From the human T2T-CHM13v2.0 reference genome, Homo sapiens, in NCBI RefSeq assembly GCF_009914755.1, contig NC_060939.1: DNA of 64,000 nucleotides, one strand, 5' to 3'. The position numbers and the translations under genes are program-made. Positions 57,860-64,000 of this stretch are shown here, one piece after another; position 1 is the stretch's first letter; every line of letters starts with the position of its first letter. The notes beneath the pieces were generated by a model. The model was not told the DNA's origin. It saw only the letters and a program-made list of their open reading frames with translations, and searched no databases.

Positions 57860-60800
57860 TGACCTGAGCCCCCCTTCCCAGAGTCACCCTGTGACACAGC
57901 ATGTGGGGTGATGCTCCTGGCATCCCAGCCCCAGGCGCATCCAGCCTCAGCTTCTGCGTCTGTATCCTCCTGGATAAACCCAGACTGGCTGCAGAAAAGT
58001 GGTACAGCCTGTGAGCTTCTGTGAGCATCCTGTTGTTGCTATGGAGACCCTGTTGCTAGACATCAGGCATGCTCAGACTAGGGAGTGGTGACCCTGTCTC
58101 AGGTGAGCCTCACGTGTTACCAGGTAACCAACCCCTCTCAGGTACCAACAGGCTGTACCTGGCTAGACTCTTTAATTAGCAGAAGTAGATGAACTGAAAC
58201 CTCAACCTCAAGGTGAAAGACTCAGTCACCAGTCATCAGAACAGTTCTGGACAAGTCCACCTCTCTGAGGTGGGCTTGAAAGTTGCCCTGCACCCTGTGT
58301 CAGTAGTCTTGGGCAGTCTTACAGGGACAGGAGAGATTGTGCCTGCAGGTGGCCATGCTAGTCCTGCCGAGTGACCCCACCCCAAGGAAAGGACTTTCGG
58401 AGACCAGGCATTCTCTGGGTGAGACTCCCCACACTGGGCAGTCTTGGGTGAGGATGCCGGCTGCCCTCCCAGGGACGCAGTGCCCTGCTGGGTGCCCCGC
58501 CTTCCCTCCTGAGACCCAGGCACCATGACAGGTTTCTTAACTGACAGCTCTTTAGTAGAGAACAGAAATCCTGTTTGCAGCAAAACTTGCCTCACTGGAT
58601 CGCTTCATAACAGCTCCTTCAAGTGGGGCGAGCTCATCGCTGCGGTCGGCATCTCAGCCATCAGCAGCCCGGAGAATCCCACTCAGGACTTAGGTTTGCT
58701 ATTTTTGTGTCTCGCCTGGGCTTCGCTCGTTTCCACAGGCATTCCACTTCTTGTTTACAGGAGTAATTGCCTTCATGAGCTTTGGGCCATCTGCGGATAT
58801 ATGTATTTTTTTCTTTATTTTCTTTCTTTTTTGGGGCAGCAGTTCTATGTTTGCAAATATGAGGATTGTTTCCTAAAGGGAAGCATGAGGCCTTCTTGAG
58901 GCTGGCCTCTTGGCTGCTGAGCTGGGCCTTCGCACCCCTTTCCTGCTTTATTTCCGTCTTCCTGTGAGTGTATTTTGTTGTATAGAGGCGCTTCCTGTGG
59001 TCGGAGGTGAACATTTGGAGTGACTAAGGAGAGCATGGCCTTCCTCGCTCTCCCGGCGTCTGATTGCTCCGTGGACACTTGTGCCTGTTCCCCAGGCAGG
59101 GCCTGCTTGCTGGAGGGGGTCGGGGCCACTCCTGGCCATGGAGTTTCCGCATCCCCCTGCTGGCCAGGCTCCTGTGCTTGGGGAGAGGAGGACGCCGAGG
59201 CACATACTGTCTCCGTGCTCTGCTCTTGTGGTCATGAGTGGCCTCTTCTCTCTTCTGCTTTGAGTGACTGGGTGTAGAGTGGCGCCTGAGCTGGGGACTG
59301 TCTTGCACCCTTGCACAGGGCCCGCCGGCTCAGGTGTGCAGCAGACACCATCCTGGGAGAAACAGCAGCAAGGTCTGGGGTGGCCACATTTGCATGTTCT
59401 GCAGAGGCAGTTGCCTTCGGGATTTCAGACTTGCCCCCAGCCGTAAGGCGGGATGCAGTGCCCACAGACAAGGCTGGGTGCACACAGCCTCCCAAACAGC
59501 ATCCTGCAGTCTTAAGTCTGCACACCTCCCACCAGGTGTCGGCCCCCAGCAGTGGGAAGGAGACCAGCCTTCAGGCTGCTCACCTGAAGGGAGAAGGCAA
59601 GGAGGCATGAGGGGTGCATCCAGCCTCCAGTGGGGACCCACAGGTGGCCTGGGTGCTGATGGGCCCTGGCAGAGTCTGTGTGCCCACCCATGCCGTCAGT
59701 CTCCTGAACCGCAGGAGCAAGAACTGGATTTCATGTTAGGAGATGATTTCCAACTTCAAGAAATGACCTGGAAAAGTTTTCTACTTAAACTGCCTGTTGT
59801 TGTTAAGAGCTGGCCAGCTCTGGCTTTCCAACAGCACGCACAGCCCTCGGGCCAGGCTGAGTCCTGATGTGGGGATGTGCCCACTGACTGCGGGTCACCA
59901 TGACTCCATGGGGAAGGTCTCCTTGGAGAGGTCTGAGGCTCTGGTGCACGAATTAACCTGCTCCTTAGTCTTCCCTGGGAGACCTCTTGATCTCCTGTCC
60001 CCACCCATACTTCTGGTCACTTGTCAGTCTTTGTATAATGTGTTCAGTGTCCCTCCCTCTGAGACGGCAGCAGAGACAGGAGAGCCACGCATTGCAAGTG
60101 GCCCATGCCTGGTTGCTGCCCTAAATACTTGCTGTGCACAAATGGCCTGGCTGTCAGGGGTGACTTTGGCCCTGGGGGATGTTTTCCAACCCCCTGGGAC
60201 AAACACCTGCCAATACTTAGCAGCTACCTCCTGCTAGCGCTGGGCACCCACACCACCCTGAGCCTGTCACTCCAGCTCCAGAGGTGGGGCTCTCCCCACA
60301 CCCATACCCATCTCTGTGCAGATGCAGACATCCCAGATCCACCCCTCCAGCCTGTGTCAGGAGGGGAGTGGGCACCTAGGCTTTCCCCTCTTTGTGGCAG
60401 GACTGGAGGAGTGTCAGCAGAGTGGCCTCCTTCACCTGCCTTTTAAGCCAGGGCGTGCTCTGAAAACACGCCATGGCTGGACGTTTTCATGTGTCTGGCT
60501 GGCAAGGGCTCCAGGGGAGGTGGCAGGGGTGCCAGGCACCAACGCCAGGAATCCCCAGCCACCCAGACATTTGCCAAGCTTGGCTCCTCAGTGCCTTGGC
60601 TGGTGGCCTTTGGGGGTGACTTCACCCTACTGTCATGGCTGGCCCATGGCGAAAGGGTTCACCTGCTGCTTAGGAGCTGAGACTGGGCTGGGCCAGGCCA
60701 GGGGCCCTGTTTCTCTTCTGGACTGTGGGGGTTTGGGCCAGTGGGGAGGGAGAGCTTCCCCAAGGGACCATTACAGAATTTGCTGTAAGAATGTGGAGAA

Positions 60801-63800
60801 GGAGTTCTGGTCCTTGGGTTTACAGATTTTTATTCTAAACCTAATGGAACCTTTCTTTTAACAAAATCTCCTGGAATCCAGTGCAGAAAAGAGCTGGGAG
60901 GATTGCTGGGTGGGGCAGGATGAGGGTGGGAGGGGTTTTGACTTTGTCCTGAGGCTGTGCGGGATCCTCCCTGGGTCCCCCAAGGAAGCCGCCTGAGTGG
61001 GGAGGGAGGGGCCGCAAGTAACCAGGAGCAGGCCAAGGTTCCAGGGTTCAGCCCAGGACAGCCAGTCTAGGTGCAAGCCAACCCTGGGGGCTGGCCAGGG
61101 AGTGTGAGCTGTTGCAGTTTGGGGCAGGTGCCTTCCAGGCTCTGTGGGTCAGGGTTCTCTCCTGGCCCTTCTGAGGGTGCCACCCTGGCCTCCCCGCCTT
61201 TGAGCAGGTGGGGGTTGGGTCTGGGTTCCATAGGGCTGGGCAGGAGGAGGCAGCTGTGAGATCCCAGGCAGAGCCAGGAGAGGAGCAGGACAGATGGCAT
61301 GCAGGCGTGCTGCATCGGGCTGGGATTGTGGGGTGCCAGCAGACAGGGGTGGAGTGGGGACTTGGGCATTCCTCACTCATTGCCTGAGTGTCATGAGGGG
61401 CCTGGCTTTGGCTGGTGTTTCTGTCCCTTGAGGGCGTGGTGTCTGAGGGCAGGGCCTGTGGCTCCACCCTGTGTGCTGCTCTGGGGGCCTGGAGGCCTGT
61501 GCCCCCGCCTCAGCCTGCCTTTGCCCTGCTGCACCGCTGGCCTGCCTCTTTCCCATTCGGGCACCTGCCTGGAGAGCACTGGGGTGCGGGCAGATCCTGC
61601 CTTGAGTGAGCACCGCGTGCCTAGCAGCAAGCAGCAGGGGATCTCCAGGAGCGTGGCAGGGTCCCATCCTGAAACTGACAGGAAATCTGTGAGTATGAGG
61701 GTGGGACGGAGAAAGCCCGGGAGGTGTACCGTTCCTTTGGCCCCCATCCCCCTCACCAGGGGACCCTGCCCTACTCACTGTCTTCCAGTGGCCCTACATG
61801 GGCAGCATCCTGCCTGGCTGTTGTGGTTGTGAGGCCGCAGCCTGAGACTGACCACACCAGGGCTTAGTGTGCTTAGTTCTGACCCGGGTGTCTGCCCTGC
61901 CAGCCTGGTATAAAGTCGTCAGATGCTGTGGGCCACACGAGGTCATATTTGCACCGTCAGTTTACCGGGGGCAAATGACCTTCTGGGGAGGGCTGCAACT
62001 GCTCCCCACCTCTCACCCCTGGTTGTCTCTGTTTCCCGGAGGGTTCCGTTTGTAGGCACTGATGGGGGTTCTGGTTCTAGAGGAAGAGTATCTGAGCTCA
62101 GAGGGAGTGCAGCTCCACAAGTGTGCCCCTCTGTGCCGGCATCTGGCTCAGGCATGCGTGAGCCCCTCTGTACAGATGCCTGCCTCACGCTGAGATGCCC
62201 ACGGCCCAGGCATATCTCTCAGGAGCCCCCGAGAACCCTGACGGGAACCCAGAGCTGTTCCGCACAGAACACCAGGTCAATGATCTTGACTCTGTTTCTG
62301 GGAAGATTACCCATCTGTGGCTTCCAGAAAGCACCTCTTCGTTTTTCTGAAACTCACAGCCTTCTCCCCCGACCTCCTGTCCTCTGCTTTTCTCTGAGGC
62401 CAGAAGGAGAGATTTCCACACCGGCCCTTTGCCCTGGCCACAGGCCTGAGCTCCTGCATAGCAGCTGCTGTCCTTCCCCTTCTGGACTAGTCCACTCTAA
62501 CCTGACCCTTTGGTAAAGAGTATGATGGACCCCCCACCGCTGTTACCAGTATTCAGCCACCCTGGAGCTGCGGCCACCCACACAGCTGTGGAAAGCCCCC
62601 AGGCCACAGCCAGGCAGGAGCTCCTCCCCGGGTTCTCTTCTTCCTCTGCAGGAGCTTCCAGGCCAGAGCCCCAAGGCCTCATGCTGCCCCCTGCCCCAGC
62701 TTTCTCAGGACATGAGGCGTCCCCTCCTTGCAGGCCCCCCAGGCTGACTTCTGTGTCACACAGCAGCCTTCACTTCCGTATCTTTCTTTCTCTTTTAAAG
62801 GCATCACCTTCAACTGGAAGAAGAAATGAAAATACCACCTGTGCCTCGAAATCTTTCAGTTTCTAGCGAGGGACATCCCAGGCACTTGGTGGTGGGGCCA
62901 GGGCTCCTGCCGGCCATAGGTGGGCTATTGGCCTGCAGGCCAGGTTCCTGCCTGCCACCACTCTGCACCCCTCTGTGCTGGCGGCATCAGGGAGGGTCTG
63001 GGGAGATGCAGACTGGACGTGTGGGTTGGGTGGGCCAGCAGGGGAGAGGGGCAGCGTAGGGTCCTGAGTCTGGGGGCAGGAGCAGACTGTGGTAGCAAGC
63101 ATGGGTGAGGACCTCAGTTCCCCTACCTGCTGGCTCTCATCGGGGCTGGGACAAGGTCAGGTCTGTGACAGGGCACGACACCGAGCCCAGCAGGTAGGAG
63201 GATTTGAGGACCTGTGAAGCTAGAAGGTCAAGCAGGGAATTCAGGATTTGGACACCCTCCTGGGATCAGCAGGCGTTCCCCCCTCCATTGCTCTGCTGGT
63301 AGCACCAGCCTTCCCAGAAAAAGGCTTCTTTGGCAGGGCCTGGGAACCTCCTGGAGGGAGCTGGGTGACCAGCTTCTCTGCTGAGCCCCACTGGGACAGC
63401 ACACCTCAGGAAGAGGCCGTCCTTGGTGCTCGTGGTGGGGAAGGGGAGCTGTGAACAAGGCTTCCCCCTGAGGCAGGGCTGGGGATGGGCAGTGGAGACT
63501 GGAGGCAGGGAAGAGCTACCCAGGCTTTGCCGCACGTGGGTGGCAAGCCCGCTAGAACCTGTGTGTGCTAGCGTCAAAGGGCACCCTCAGGGGGCTGGGC
63601 TGGGGAGGGGCCCCACCTTGACTGTGGTGATGAGAGAGGCAGGATGTGGGGCCCAGGAGGTGACTCTGCCTTGGAGGTGCTGCTCATGAGGGACGAGGGC
63701 ATCCTATGGCAGGCCCTAAGCCAGCGGAGCCTCAGAGTAGGGGAGAGAGGCGGGGCAGTGTGACTTGGGAAGCCAAGGCAAGAAATGGCTAAAGGAAAAG

Positions 63801-64000
63801 TGGGTGTCACAGTGGCTGGGCCCAAAGGCTCCCATCCTGCCATCCTGTGGCAGCAGCTTGAGGGGGCCCCAACCTCTTCTGTCTGCCCTTCCACCCCCTC
63901 CAGCCTCTGGGGCCCTGGGGCAGCATATAGGCTGCAGGGGTTGGGGGCTGCCTCTGTTGTAGTGGCTGCAGCGCTGGTGGAACAGGAAGGTGTGTTGTTG

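Overview
Human (primate) genomic DNA containing the 5' end of KLF13 (Kruppel-like factor 13, also BTEB3/RFLAT-1; recalled location 15q13.3) on the + strand. Layout: (i) 1-~11.4 kb is AT-rich and almost entirely nested old L1 fragments with Alus and a Tigger3 element; (ii) ~12.9-25 kb is GC-rich and repeat-poor, with short AT-rich motif-dense islands that are candidate enhancers; (iii) ~25.5-40.5 kb is a dense cluster of MaLR (MLT1/MST) LTRs, Alus and old L1; (iv) ~41.7-44.8 kb is a CpG island holding the TATA-less promoter, a 5' leader with three short uORFs and coding exon 1 (43325-43901: Sin3-interaction motif, basic NLS, first C2H2 finger); (v) 43902 to the window end is intron 1, with exon 2 outside the window. 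KLF13 exon 1 is the only credible protein-coding sequence; the other ORFs are Alu, L1, microsatellite or GC-content artefacts. I see no convincing new biological system. The most notable observations are a ~95%-identical ~180-bp local duplication spanning an LTR/flank junction and carrying a consensus splice donor, three Met-Arg uORFs, repeated RFX X-boxes including a near-identical 20-mer on both sides of the promoter, clustered KLF motifs in the KLF13 promoter, and two Alus inserted at the same LTR TATA-box position. Repeat subfamily names are from recall of consensus sequences, and their boundaries are approximate unless a target-site duplication (TSD) is cited.
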